From contig JAAOMT010000664.1 of the NCBI GenBank assembly GCA_016748015.1, forward strand, positions 1,611,892 through 1,675,891: a DNA stretch of 64,000 nucleotides. Direction: 5' to 3'. Below the pieces are notes generated by a model. That model saw nothing but the letters and a program-made list of their open reading frames with translations, was not told the DNA's origin and did not search any database. Positions 27,256-40,252 of this stretch are shown here, piece by piece (the stretch's first letter is position 1; every line of letters starts with the position of its first letter). The stretch comes from Geosiphon pyriformis uo1. Its lineage: Eukaryota; Fungi; Glomeromycota. Made by a program: the position numbers and the translations under genes.

Positions 27256-28407
27256 TGAATACTTTTTGTTAGCGAAAAAGTTTTTGCTTTTTCAAAAGAC
27301 AGAACAATCAATCAATCACAAAATAATAATAAAAGTATACACACAAAACAAATAGAAATTACGAAAATTAATTCATATAAAGAAATACCAAACACATACT
27401 ACACAGAATATACAAATATACAAATAATCAATTTCTTTTTATCTTTTCTTTCTTTCCCTTTTTCTTTTAATTTAAATAATATTTAATCAATTATTCAAGT
27501 TATTTCTTAATTTAAAATATTTTTAATTTTAATCCTTTTTTTTATTTTTATTTTTATTTTTATTTTTCTAGAAAACCAAATTTGAAGCTTAGATCTTTAA
27601 ACTTGACATTTTGAAACTATACTCCCTTCCCCACAAATAAAAACCCATAATTTCATTTCACTTTTTTTTTCTCTTCTCTTCTTTTCTTTTCTTTTCTTTT
27701 TTTTTCGAGAAAAGAAAACCAATCAATCAATCAACCAACCAACCAACCAACCAACTAACCAATTAATCAACCGAATAATATTAATTATTTTTTCTTTGAG
27801 CAATTCTCGGACGTAAACACATCAAAATAATTATCCAAATCTTTTCAAATTTTATTCCGATTCTAAACTTTTTCATAATATTCACTCACTCACTCACTCA
27901 CTCATTCATTCATTCATTAATTCATTCAATCTCTCACTTTAATACCTCACATATACATAAAATACACACACACACATACATACACACATATACATATATA
28001 CACACAACATACACACACACACACACACACGCGCGTGCACGAAAAAAAAATACTTATATACACATAAAATTTACGCAAAAAACAACATCAACACATAAAA
28101 ACAAAAACATAAAACACACGGACATTTTATACTTTTTCCATTTCCTAATCATCTTCATTGAAAATCATAATATATATTAAAATTCATATTAATTCAATTA
28201 ATAATTGAAAATTTTCTTTTTTTAACCTATAAAAGACCAAGAAGAAATAAGAAAACTTTGAATTTTTCAGGGAAAACAAAACCTTTTTTTCATTATTTTT
28301 TACAAAAATATTATTATCTTTTTGATAATCAATAACATTGAATAAAACCACAAACTCGAACCCTATCTATTTTACCTAACTACCTTCCTTTCTATCTATC
28401 TATCTAA

Positions 28408-28439
<32 letters not shown>

Positions 28440-29507
28440 CTATTCACCATCATCATCACCCAAACACGGAGAAAGTTTAAAAAATTACAAATAATTCATT
28501 GCGCAGTTTCATCACATTATCATAAATTTTCATTTTAACATTATTGAAAAATCAATCAACAACCAAACTAGGAATTTTCTCTGCTATCTTTAGTTACAAA
28601 TTAAAAAATTTTTAATTTATCATACTATATATCATCATCATCATCATTATTATTATTGATTATTAATCGTTTTTTTTGATTTTGATTTTTGATTATTTCA
28701 AAAAAAAAAAAAAACGTTTGACGAAAATCTTTTTTGTTAGCGATTCAAAATTTTCTTGCCCAACCTTCCCTCTCGGTCTTTCACACTTTTTAAATTTTCC
28801 CAACTTTGTTTTCCTACTCTAACCAAATTCGAGATCCTGTCCCAGATATACTATAATACAACTCCTTAAACCGGTAAAACTTGTCTACACTCACTACTGA
28901 CACAGACATCTGTGATTTTTTAACGTAAGTATTCAACTCAAAAAACTTTTGGTCCATTTCAAACGATTATCACGCTGCCCTGCATTAATCATAGACAGTT
29001 TTTTCGGGAAATCGAAAACCACGCGTTTCTAGCATTGTAAATCTTGATTTTTTTATCTTTTTTTTTGTTTTTGTTTTTTGAAATCCCATAAATCTGCTTT
29101 TGAAAAAGAGGACAAAATCAAATCATTCATTCATTCATTCCATCCATCCATCCATCCATCCATCCATCCATCCATCCATCCATTCATCCATTCATCCATT
29201 CATCCATTTCATCCAACCAACGAAAAAAACAAACTAACTAAAATAGTCCCTTATTTGACTATATCAAACTTTCTTGAAATTCAAAAAGGTTCTCTTTCTT
29301 TATTTAACTCAAACGAAAATTATATTCCCCCCATAAACACACCTAGGCCCCAACACAAACACACCGCCTTTACCACTTTTATCATTTCTATTTCGGTTTC
29401 AAAAAGGCCGAAATCACTATCTGAATCTCCGCCTCTTCCGCTTTAAATCTACTAATCATTTTTTCCTGTTGACACCGCCGTCTCCTACCTTTTCTTTGGA
29501 AAACTTG

Positions 29508-29980
29508 GTAATTTTTCTTTCCATTCCCTAAATTTCTAAATATTTTCCTTTTTCTCAATCATACAACACACACACACACACACACACCCCATTCTATCTT
29601 CACAATTATCTTAACCTTTTTTAGTCAGTTTTTTGTTGTTGTTATTGATCTGTTGATGTTGTTGATGGTGTCGATGATGATTCAATTGTTTTTTTGACTT
29701 CTACTTTTTCAATCAAAATTCTATTCTACAATTACTACTTCTGCCAACACTACTACTATTACTACTATTACTACTATTATTACTTACCCGATATTACTCT
29801 GCTCCAAACTATAATTTTACCCCTTCTCCTCGTCTCATGCTTCTTCCCTTTCCCCTTCTTCTCTATTACCGGTCGAAATTTACTTTTTTCTTGATAATTT
29901 TCTTCCGTTTGTTCTTTTTCTGACTACAAAGCCAAAAATTTTTTTTAAATAAAGACACGAACCTTTTCTTTTTCCCATAG
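29508..29980 (+). other. Candidate 5'-UTR intron (alternative donor GTAAGT at 28925)
   Basis: GTAATT donor, CTGAC branch-like site near 29920, TTTTCTTTTTCCCATAG acceptor 59 nt before the ATG; contains all the upstream ATGs. Confidence 0.5.
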
Positions 29981-30039
29981 AAAATTTTATTTAAACCCTC
30001 AAAAGAAATAAGGACTAACAAAAAATATATCTCTCTTAA

Positions 30040-30916
30040 ATGTTTCTTTCACAGTCTTCTAGCAAACCGATAAATAACCTTTCGACCACAAATATCCTCG
30101 CCAACTTGCTCAACCCTCCTCACCCTAATAACCAACCCTTCACCTTACCCTACTCTTCTCAGCCTTACTTTTCACCTACACCTACCCCTACCCCCGTTAC
30201 TACAACTACTAACCTCACCAGTACTACTTTCACAAGAATGAATCAAGTTCAACCAAATTTTAACATTCCACCTCTCGATATCTCCAATCCAAACCAGCTT
30301 TTTCAGAGAAATACATATATTCCTAAAATGGAATCCACGCAACAAAATTTGCCTTTCTTATCTGTGATAACACCTCCTTTGACTCCACCTTCTTCTTTTC
30401 ACGTGCCTCCGTCTTCGCAAATCGAAGGAAATCAAAGTTTTCCTTCACCCTTGCCACAATTACCTCCTCTATTGAACGCTCTCTCCTGGTCCAACGATCA
30501 TGATGAGACACGAAAAAATCTTTCGAGAAAAATTTCTACGAGATTACTATTAAAAAATTCAAATGGGGCCTTTGTGAATCTTCTCAACGATGATTCAACC
30601 TCAAACGATTTCACCCTTGCTGATACACAAATGATGGACTATCAAGATGATTTTCATAATCCTAATTCTATTTGGATATTACCTTCATCCAATCATAAAG
30701 ATTATGCATCATCATCATCCTCCTTCTCTTTCTCTTCCTCTTCCTCTTCCTCATCCTCATCCTCCTCTGCTTCTTCGCTTTATTCTGATGATGACTTTGT
30801 AACTTCTTATTTCGGTCGAAAATCCTCCGTATCAAGCTCTTGCTGGTCTGAAGATGCTGTCCCATCCAATGAACCTCTAAATTATTCTCATGGTGAAAAT
30901 CATTATAATAATAATC

Positions 30917-30948
<32 letters not shown>

Positions 30949-31397
30949 GTTCAAGATCATCAAAATCATAATCAACTTTTACCACCATCATCTTCGCAAC
31001 ATTTGGTCCACCTACAACCACCACCATCGTCATCGCCATCACCATCACCATCACCACAATATCAATCCAATTACATCCCCCAATCATCAACAGGTTTCTA
31101 TGTTCGACAATTGCAAGATCAATTTTCACCATTAAATCTACACGAGAATCATCATCAATTTATTTCTTCATCTTCATCTGTTACGTCACCATCAACCACC
31201 AACATTTCAGATGGTAACCACGCGATTCTTCATAAAAACTCCAAATCTATTGGCAAGAATACTAAAACAACCCTTAATGGTTCAGTTACTGCAGCTACAA
31301 ACACCACCAATACCACAACAACAACAACAACAACAACAAATACTAAACGTAAATACGCTTGTACTTTTGGAGGATGTGGTAAAAGCTTTACAACAAG
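30040..31397 (+). CDS. NRG1: Nrg1-type C2H2 zinc-finger transcription factor, exon 1
   Basis: Open from the ATG; ends KRKYACTFGGCGKSFTT(S), split by an AG|GTATGT donor. Confidence 0.9.
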
Positions 31398-31971
31398 GTA
31401 TGTTTCTCTCCCTCTCCCTCTTCCTATTATGCCCTAATTTAGTCTAGTTTAGAATATAGGTGTGAGTGTTTATGCCTATCTTTTCTTTGGTTGTTTCACA
31501 ATAACCTTTTTAATAATCGGATACCGGAAATTTATTTTCTCACATCCATTCTCTGTCGATTTTTTAACGTTTCTCCGAGAGTCGCATTTTTGTTTGTGTA
31601 TGTGTGTATTTGTGTGATTCATTCTTTAAACTTTGATTGGATAATTGTCTTGAGAGGTTTGGTGTCAAAAAAAATATCTTGCTTGATTTCTTTTATTTCT
31701 GGGCGTACTAAAACAAGAGAAAGTTTATTCGGGAAAGAAAAAGGTGACACTACCTACTCAAATTTTTTTTACGAAAAACAATATTAAAAGAAACAGAAAT
31801 ATATGGATATATGCATACCCACATAACACACACACGTACACAAACAAACAAACTTCTCATTTCCCATGGTCTCGATCTTGATCTTTTTTCATCTTTCTTC
31901 CTCTATCCCTTTCCGATTTTTCGATTCATTCAATTTACACTCTTACTAACTGGAATTTTTTTTTTTGACAG
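31398..31971 (+). other. 574-nt spliceosomal intron inside zinc finger 1
   Basis: GTATGT donor, perfect TACTAAC branch point at 31944-31950, poly-T tract and CAG acceptor; splicing restores [10 protein letters not shown]. Confidence 0.93.
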
Positions 31972-32656
31972 TGGTCATCTAGCACGTCACAATCGTATAC
32001 ACACCGGTGAAAAGAATTTCGCTTGTCTGATGCGTGGTTGTCCGTCGAAATTCTCTCGACAAGATAACATGATGCAGCATTATCGTACACATACATCCTC
32101 AAAATCGCGTCGTGGATCGAAAGCTGGACAAGGTGGTGGTGGTAAAAGTCATTTGACGGATTTGGCAGGACTGAACAATCATAATAATAACGATATGACT
32201 TATCCGCTACCGATTGAACCTGGCATTATCAATTCTACAACTTTTAATCCTTTAAGGCATGATGTAGAACGTCAACCTTCAATGTCATCAATAATAACAA
32301 CATCGTCATCATCATCGTCATCATCATCCCATTTCCATGATAATTATCCGAACCACCTTCCACATCCGAATTTTGATCATCAATCACCCTCAACACCTGC
32401 ATACGACAATAATTATCATCCACCTATTCATAATCATCATCACAATGAGCATCATTATAATCACCATGATAATTACCATTCTAATAATTATCCATTTCCA
32501 TTTTTTAATAATAATAATAATAATAATAATAGTAATAATAATCATAATAATAATAATAATAATAATAATAATTCTAATAGTAGTAATAGTATAGTTAATC
32601 GTAATTTTAATCATGAAAGTGGCATAAAATCACGGAGTGCTTTTCGACCGCTATGA
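31972..32656 (+). CDS. NRG1: Nrg1-type C2H2 zinc-finger transcription factor, exon 2 (680 aa in total)
   Basis: [44 protein letters not shown] matches the fungal Nrg1/Nrg2 finger pair; His/Asn-rich tail. Confidence 0.9.
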
Positions 32657-32665
32657 GGGCTTCGA

Positions 32666-32701
32666 GGGGGGGGGGGGGGGGGGGGGGGATGGGGAGGGAG
32701 G
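32666..32701 (+). repeat. G23 homopolymer plus further G-runs just after the stop codon
   Basis: Read directly. Confidence 0.9.
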
Positions 32702-33121
32702 AAAGAACTTTGTATAATTTACGTCCAGTTGAATTTTTTTTCTTAATTTTTCACATTTCTCTCTGTTTTTTTTTTCTATATAAAACCCTTTAATGAACCT
32801 TTCTAAAATAGGTTCTTGTTAAAATAGCCACCGGTTTATAAACAATATACAAAAGTCAATGTACATAATAATCAATAAACATTTTAATGGTAATTTTCAG
32901 TAAAAATAGTATTATTATTATTTTAATAGTATCTTAATTGTAATTATTTCAAAACACACAACACAGACACATACAAACATTCACCGACATACACAAAAAT
33001 TTGATAATTGATTACGAAAGTCTGGCAAAAATTTTCTAGTTTTAATAAAATGAGCTAGTGAGAGCCGATCTAACGAAAATAGAATAGTGACGTTAAAAAC
33101 CATACGAAAAACAAACAGAAA

Positions 33122-33179
<58 letters not shown>

Positions 33180-34439
33180 TTCGGTAAAACTCAATGATCA
33201 TCTCTTGTGGACCGTCTAGTAGACGGTTTCAATGCGTGTCAAACAGTATATGAAAATATAATTACCAAGAAAAAAATAAACGCCCTCTCCTAAAATGATA
33301 TGGCAAAAAATTAAATCTCGGGGAAAATGTTTTAGAATCTACGGGTTTTTAATCACTGGCTGAGTGGGTGATATTTTCTTTACATATTCAACAGTTCATT
33401 GAAACAATCGATTTCCAAATTTTGAAAGAAAAAGAAAAAATGGTTAAAAATAGATCCAAACATCAACTAAGTAATCATCACGGCAAAATACTGTTTTATT
33501 AAGATGGGCGATATATTTATAAATGATATCATAAGGGTGAAATGATTGAACTTTTTAATGACGACCCTTTTTTTCATGGAATTTCATTTTGGGAAATGGC
33601 AAAATTTTGTTTATATTATTATGTGATTGTTTATGTATAAATAAAAAAGAAATAGATTTAGAAAGGGAAAAGGGTATGTTGATATGTTGATATTTTGTTT
33701 GTATCAGAAAAAGAGAATAATGGGATTATGGGAATCTGAATATCGGAACAAAAAATCGAATGGATCAAGTTTAGATGTTTTTTTTTTTGATAATTCTGTT
33801 ATGAGTAAGATTCTGTTATGAGATTGAATTCTGATTCGAATTTTCAAATGATTTCATTCAAGTTCATAAATGGGCGGAAAAAGCTCTTATTCAATTTTGT
33901 CAACGGGAGCCTGATTATTGGCTAAAAAAAACCTGATCCAAGACCAGAAGGACTTGACACGAGTTTTTTTAAGGTTCAATAATACTAATAATAATAATAA
34001 TACTAAATGATAAATAAATAATAATAATAATAATAATAATAATAATTTATTTTTACAAATGGGTACGCGTTATGGTAAAAACTTTTTTTCAGAGTGATAT
34101 ATGATCCAGATTAAAAGAGTTGTCCAATTTTTGTTTTTTAATCGGTTTAATTTGAATTGATTTATCCCTTTAATTTAATGTCGTTCATGATCCTTTTTCG
34201 ACCATGATGTTTCTCTTTCACTTCTTTCTTTGATTTAATGAGAAAAAACTTGAACCCCTCACTCTTTACTCTTGTACACTTTTAAAGAAAATCATCATCC
34301 CATCATGACGTTTTCTCCCTAACCTTTTCCTTTTTATCAATAATTTCCCGTTGATAATCGTTTATATTTACCTTCTATAGATGATGATTTAGGGGAACTT
34401 TTTTCTGATAGCGATTTATTTGTATCATCAGGGATGATT

Positions 34440-34513
34440 TATGTTTTTGTTTTTTGTTTTTGTTGTTATTTTTGTTGTTGTTGTTGTTGTTGTTGTTATT
34501 GTGGTGGTTATGG

Positions 34514-34551
<38 letters not shown>

Positions 34552-34577
34552 ATTGTGGTGGTTATGGTTGTTGTTGA
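34440..34577. repeat. (GTT)n microsatellite with an internal duplication
   Basis: Read directly. Confidence 0.9.
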
Positions 34578-35385
34578 TATGCGAAGGGATGAATGCCAAT
34601 ATCATAATGGATCATTCCATTAAAAACTTTTTTTTAATTTAGAAGGCTAGGAAAGATGATGCCGAATTCTTAATATCTCTTCGAGATTCGAAAAAATGAT
34701 TTGAAACCTGTAGCAGGTTTCAAACAAGTTATTTCCCTTTTTCGAAAATCGATTCGAAACCTCGACCCAATGACCCAACATCAATCATTTTTTGCATTGA
34801 TTTCGTAAATTCTTTTTTAGCTTCTTTAATTCTTGACGAGATTCTTACTTCTTTCCACGATTCCTCAAGTCTTTTGATCTCGCGATTTCAAAATTTCATT
34901 ATAATGTCCCCTTAAAAACTGGTTTTTAAATTATTATTTTTTCATTGATCCTGCCAATATTGGCCAAAAACAAAGAAAGTCAGCTACTATTACTACTACT
35001 ACTACTATTACTACTATTACTACTATTACTACTATGATCCTTAATTAATTCCTTACTAATAATTGATCGATCTATAACCGTTAATCTCCTCCTCTCTTCC
35101 TACACTTTTTAATCAAATAAATTTGGTATAAAAAAGCATTCTTAATCCATCGAATAGATTTGTTAATTTTTTAGAATCGTAAAATTTTTTGATGTTTGGA
35201 TCAAAATAAGAATTTACAATGATTTTCAAAAGTGATGGTCGTTTAAAAAGAAACAATTTGAACGAATGAAATAACTTTAATTGATAAAAATGCTTATTTT
35301 AAGGGATCGAGACCTCGTAAGGGATTTTCAACATAACCGTTTTCAATGGAGATCTTTTTTGAAATTATGAATTATTGAGATACAA

Positions 35386-35430
<45 letters not shown>

Positions 35431-36149
35431 TGAAAAACTCATTCATTTAAACTGAATCAGTCCTACCTTGTGTGGCATAAAATTAATGGAATAATTAATT
35501 AATTAATTAATTTTCAAAAAAGACGAGCGAGCCATATTTATCATAGGTATTTTAAAAAAAAAAAAAAGTATTCTTAAACATCATCATCATCATCACCTTT
35601 TTGGCCCATATAATAGGGGGTTCTTTTTGTTTTAATAATTTCAAAATAAAAATAAAAATTTAATTTATATAAATTGGTCTAACTATTTTAATAAATTATC
35701 ACTATTATTATTATTATTATTATTATTATTTAAAAAAAATATTTCAAGTTAATTTATACTATGATTATAATATACTATAATATAATAAATTTTTTAATTC
35801 CAACCAAAAAACACCCATATTTATTTTATTAAAAAAATAAAAACTTTATATTACAAATTAAAAGTTATCAATTATCATATGATATGATCAGCAATAGATA
35901 ATATCACATGCTTCTACCATAATCCATTTTCACGATAATCTCATCCATTTAAATATATTTTTTTAACTCAGTCTAGTAACTTGTGTGATAGAGCACACTT
36001 GACGAACAAGTTTTTCCCTCTTTATCATATTATGTTTCTCAAGGTGCGGGAACTGGTGTCAAAAAGGTGAGAGGTCAAAGATAAAATTTTTTTTTATCAT
36101 TTACTAAACCTGTTGATTTTCTCCTTAATTTTGAAGTTAAGTATATATA

Positions 36150-38530
36150 TAAGATGTGCAATATTGCAAGTAATAGCTGGGTTCAAAGAACTAGAATATG
36201 TTCCAGTCTTAGAACACATTGTGACATATTGACAAATCCCCGAGTATCCAGCTGGATTCGCTCTGGCGGGTGAGGGTGAACTTCGTCTTCCCTCGGCGCC
36301 CTTGAATACACTACATGTTAGTTGCCATAACGCAAAAAGTTGGCTTCGTCCTAACTAGTTGTCAGGTTTCGTCCCATGTTATGGTCCATCTCAATCACAT
36401 AAGATAATTAAAAAAGTATTATTTAATTTTATATTAATATCTATTTTCCTTTAACACAAGAGGCCAGGAATCTGGTAGACTAATGTGTTATTGCTACTAC
36501 ACAATAGTGAACCAAAGAGTTTGGTGGTTCTATTTGTTTTATATGTGTTCTGGTTGAGTAATTTTATTGATGTTTTTCAATATTTCTAGAACCAATTGCA
36601 GAAGCAAGATTTGGAACAAATTAACCAAAGTATTAAAAATTGCACTACTTCAATGTTCATATGTCTTGGTTAACCATTCGATGCGTATAAAACAATAGGA
36701 AGCAACACATCAGCGCAACGATAATAAAGTTGTTGCAGCAAGTGAAAAAAGTAGTAATCGTATGTTGAATGATTGAATTATTCAAAGAATCGTTGCTCGA
36801 TTTTCATTTATAATTGCATAACACTTATTTCCTACACAGATCAATCCATGAATAATATTTAAAATTCATTCCTTGATGAAATTTATTCTAAATAATCTTA
36901 TGATTCATCCCTCAAAGAAATCACTTTTACATCATCTTATAATCCATTCAAAGAGTCTAAAGAGAGTGATAATTTGAGAATGGAATTATATTAAAAAGTC
37001 AAAAAAACCGAAAAAGCAAATATGAAGTGGATTGGCTTAAGAGGTAATTTAATTTAATTTAATTTAATTAATAGATTATGTTAAAAATTAGGTGAAATCC
37101 TAATTATCGAGTTTGCTTTGAAATACTTTAGTGGATCATTTAGTGAAATGCAGTGTGAAATGAATGCTCCTTGATTACAGAATTTCATTTGTTAAGAAGG
37201 CTTTCACAGGTATTATTGATCTCACCTCTGCTGAAAAATTGTGATTGCTCTTGATAAATCTCTTTGATCTAAAAATTTTCTATATCAACATAATTCATTA
37301 GTTTTTCTTTTTTAGATCACTAAATCACATTTTTCGTTCAAAGAAGATCCTATTTCTGGTGTGCGTGAACCATTTGATTCACACCTATGGAGGTTACTAT
37401 TCAATGAGCTTAGAAAAGTTTTTATTGTTACGCAGCCAGTATGAGATGAAATCTTAAGATGCAACCAGATAGCTAAGGTAGTTGTTTATATTTTTTGACT
37501 CTTGATATAACTAGGCAGCAAGAAGATTCGTCAAAGGAAGTTAGGTCATTGATCAGGGATTGGCAGCGCACAGTTAAGGATGTTGTTTTGAAGGTGTTCG
37601 ATGCAATCTAAGTTATGATCGGTAAACTTATAATTGTCTTGTTAGACTTTTTTGGAGATTTATCACATTTTCATTTCTCTGGAATATTACAGTTTAAAGC
37701 GGGTTTCCTTGACAAGAAATGTAAAAAATGTAAATGAAAATACGCTTTCTCATAAATATATTGCACTTTCATCAATACTGAATTTTTTGAAATACGAATG
37801 GAAATTATCCTGTGTAAGTTTCTTTTATTAAATGGATAGCATATTATTAAATGGATAACATTTCATTAAATGGATAACATTAAGGCCACAATACGTTAAA
37901 TGCTTCATTACATCGAAAGCAAAAATTTGCTTACCTTGGAAGAATACCGGACTTCTCCGTATATATATCCATATATAAATATAAAGCAGAATTTTAAATT
38001 AACAAATAATAACGGTCAAAAAGTTATAGAATGCTCTAGTAAATTAGGCAACGAAATGAAGGATGTGATTGATAAGATTATAGATGATGGTGTAGTGATA
38101 ATGTATGGTATTTTGGTACAAGGTAAGTATTTACTACAGATATGCTTCTTTCTAATTTTAGAAATCTACCTAATCTGGTTTACCTTTCATAATTTAATCG
38201 GGCACTCAATGTGACCTTTTTTTTGTTATTCTAGCTCTAATTCAACTTCTTTTGTATGCAAAGGTAGAGGAAAAACATTCATTCATTCATTCATTCATCC
38301 ATTCATTATAGATTACTCGATATTCATTATAGATTACTCATTATAGATTACTTGATATTCATTATATTAATTAATATTCCTACATCTTCATAAACAGAGC
38401 ATTATTATTATTATTCAGAACTTTGCATCACCAGCTATCGTCGTATGGACCGGAATAACGGTGACCAGACACCACCTTCCAAGATTAATATGACTCCACA
38501 CTCTTGTGAAAATTCAAAAGGTATAATTAT
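36150..38530 (+). pseudogene. Possible fragmented multi-exon gene relic; 38030-38122 resembles a Mucoromycota restriction-endonuclease-like family C-terminus
   Basis: Higher-complexity sequence with GT-AG-flanked blocks and in-frame stops; KLGNEMKDVIDKIIDDGVVIMYGILVQ followed by GTAAGT; family assignment is from memory of the motif only. Confidence 0.3.
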
Positions 38531-39888
38531 TTGGGTGACAAAAATTTTTTTTCGAGTTAGAATTAACAGATTTTTTAAAAAATAGTAGTAAATCTTTTTT
38601 ATTAATTGTTAAATTTTCGGCTTCAATGTCTGATTTGTGGGAATAGAATTTTTGAATGATTTTTTAAATTCCAAAGGATACTTACCTTCCCCATATTTCC
38701 AGTTTAGATAATTTTTTGATTTTTAAATATTTCTTAATTTCTAAAAAAATACGTTTTCTATTCTTGATGTTGGCATTACGTATATCAAATTCATCAAGGA
38801 TCGCTACGAAATAAATTTTTTAATAAATAAGTTTCTAATCTCAATATCAATGTCATGCATCTCGGGATTGATAATTAATATAATACCAATTAATTCCTTA
38901 AATAGTAATAACTAATTTTCACGTTATAGTCGCGTTGGATTCATTCAATTTTTTTTTTCGCATTTTTAAAAAATGGTTTTAAATAGTATTCTTTAATAAA
39001 TACTTAAATTTAAGGCTTTAATTACATCTGAAATTAGAAAATAATATCGACCAAATTTATTAAATCAACAAATTATTAATTATTCCATTAAATTTAAAAT
39101 TATGCTTTAAAAAATATTTTTTATTATTGATGATTAATAATACAACATATTTAGTAGATAAAGAATCATTAAAAAAATAGTTTAAATATACTATTATTTA
39201 AAAATTACAACCAGCAATTTATAATAATAAAAAAACCTACAAAGTCACAAGTTAACAATTATTTAATTTTAAAAATAAAAATATATTGATTGTTTTTTAT
39301 TTTAAAAATTATTATTTGTTAGGTACCAAGATTTTTAATATAAAAATTTATTAATACATTTAATGTATGTAAAAAATTGTTGTTAAATATTATAAAATTG
39401 ATAATTGTAATGGAATTTTTTATTATAATTACAAGTATATTTTTTTTATATTTTTTTTTATATTTTAAATTTTAAATGTATATATATTTTTATTAATTTA
39501 TTTTATTAAAATTAATCTTATAAAAATTTACACAAAATCAAAAAATTAAAATTAAAAGTTTGGCTAAAAAAAATATATTGAAATACAGATTTTTTTGTTT
39601 TTTATTCATAAATATTATTATTATTATATAATTTGCTTAAATTAATATAAAATTTATGTATAATTTTCAAGACCAAAAATAAACAACTTAATACAGCTAT
39701 AAGATAAAAACTTTTTCAATTGGTCTTTAATTAAATATTAAAAATTTATCTATTTTTATAAAAATATTATTCAATTTATATATATATATTAAAAATAAAA
39801 AAAATTATCAAAAAAAAAATAATCTGAAAATAAAAAAATTTAATAAAAAATATAAAAAATGAGAATTATTAAAAAAAAATTTATGCGC

Positions 39889-39990
39889 TTAATAAAATGT
39901 GGTCAAACTACTATCTATGTACATAAAATTTAAACATCTTATAATAAACACAGTTCATGCTTTTTTTTGTACATTTACTTAAATTCAAAT
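39889..39990 (-). mobile_element. Isolated LINE 3'-tail copy
   Basis: Reverse complement ATGTACAAAAAAAAGCATGAACTG...TATGTACATAGATAGTAGTTTGACCACATT aligns to the tails at 9957 and 50866. Confidence 0.7.
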
Positions 39991-40252
39991 AATATTTATT
40001 AAACAAATAAAAAATTTATTTGAAATTCAATCTTATAATATTAAAATTAAAATCAAAAAACCAAAAATAATAAATATATTTTGTTATAATTTATTTTACA
40101 GTAATCTCAAACAAATTAAATATATTCAAAATTATTTTTAACAAATTAAATTTTTTTAATAAAAAAAGTTAAAATTAAAAAAGTTGAAAAAAATAATTAA
40201 AATTTTATAATTAAAAAACTTATTAATAAATTAAAAATATACAATATAAATA

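Noticed and set aside
19866-29894. Short ORFs with poly-V/S/T/I/L/E tracts
   Set aside because: They are translations of microsatellites, many with non-ATG starts
30040-32656. 465-aa and 281-aa ORFs as two genes
   Set aside because: A canonical intron joins them into one zinc-finger gene
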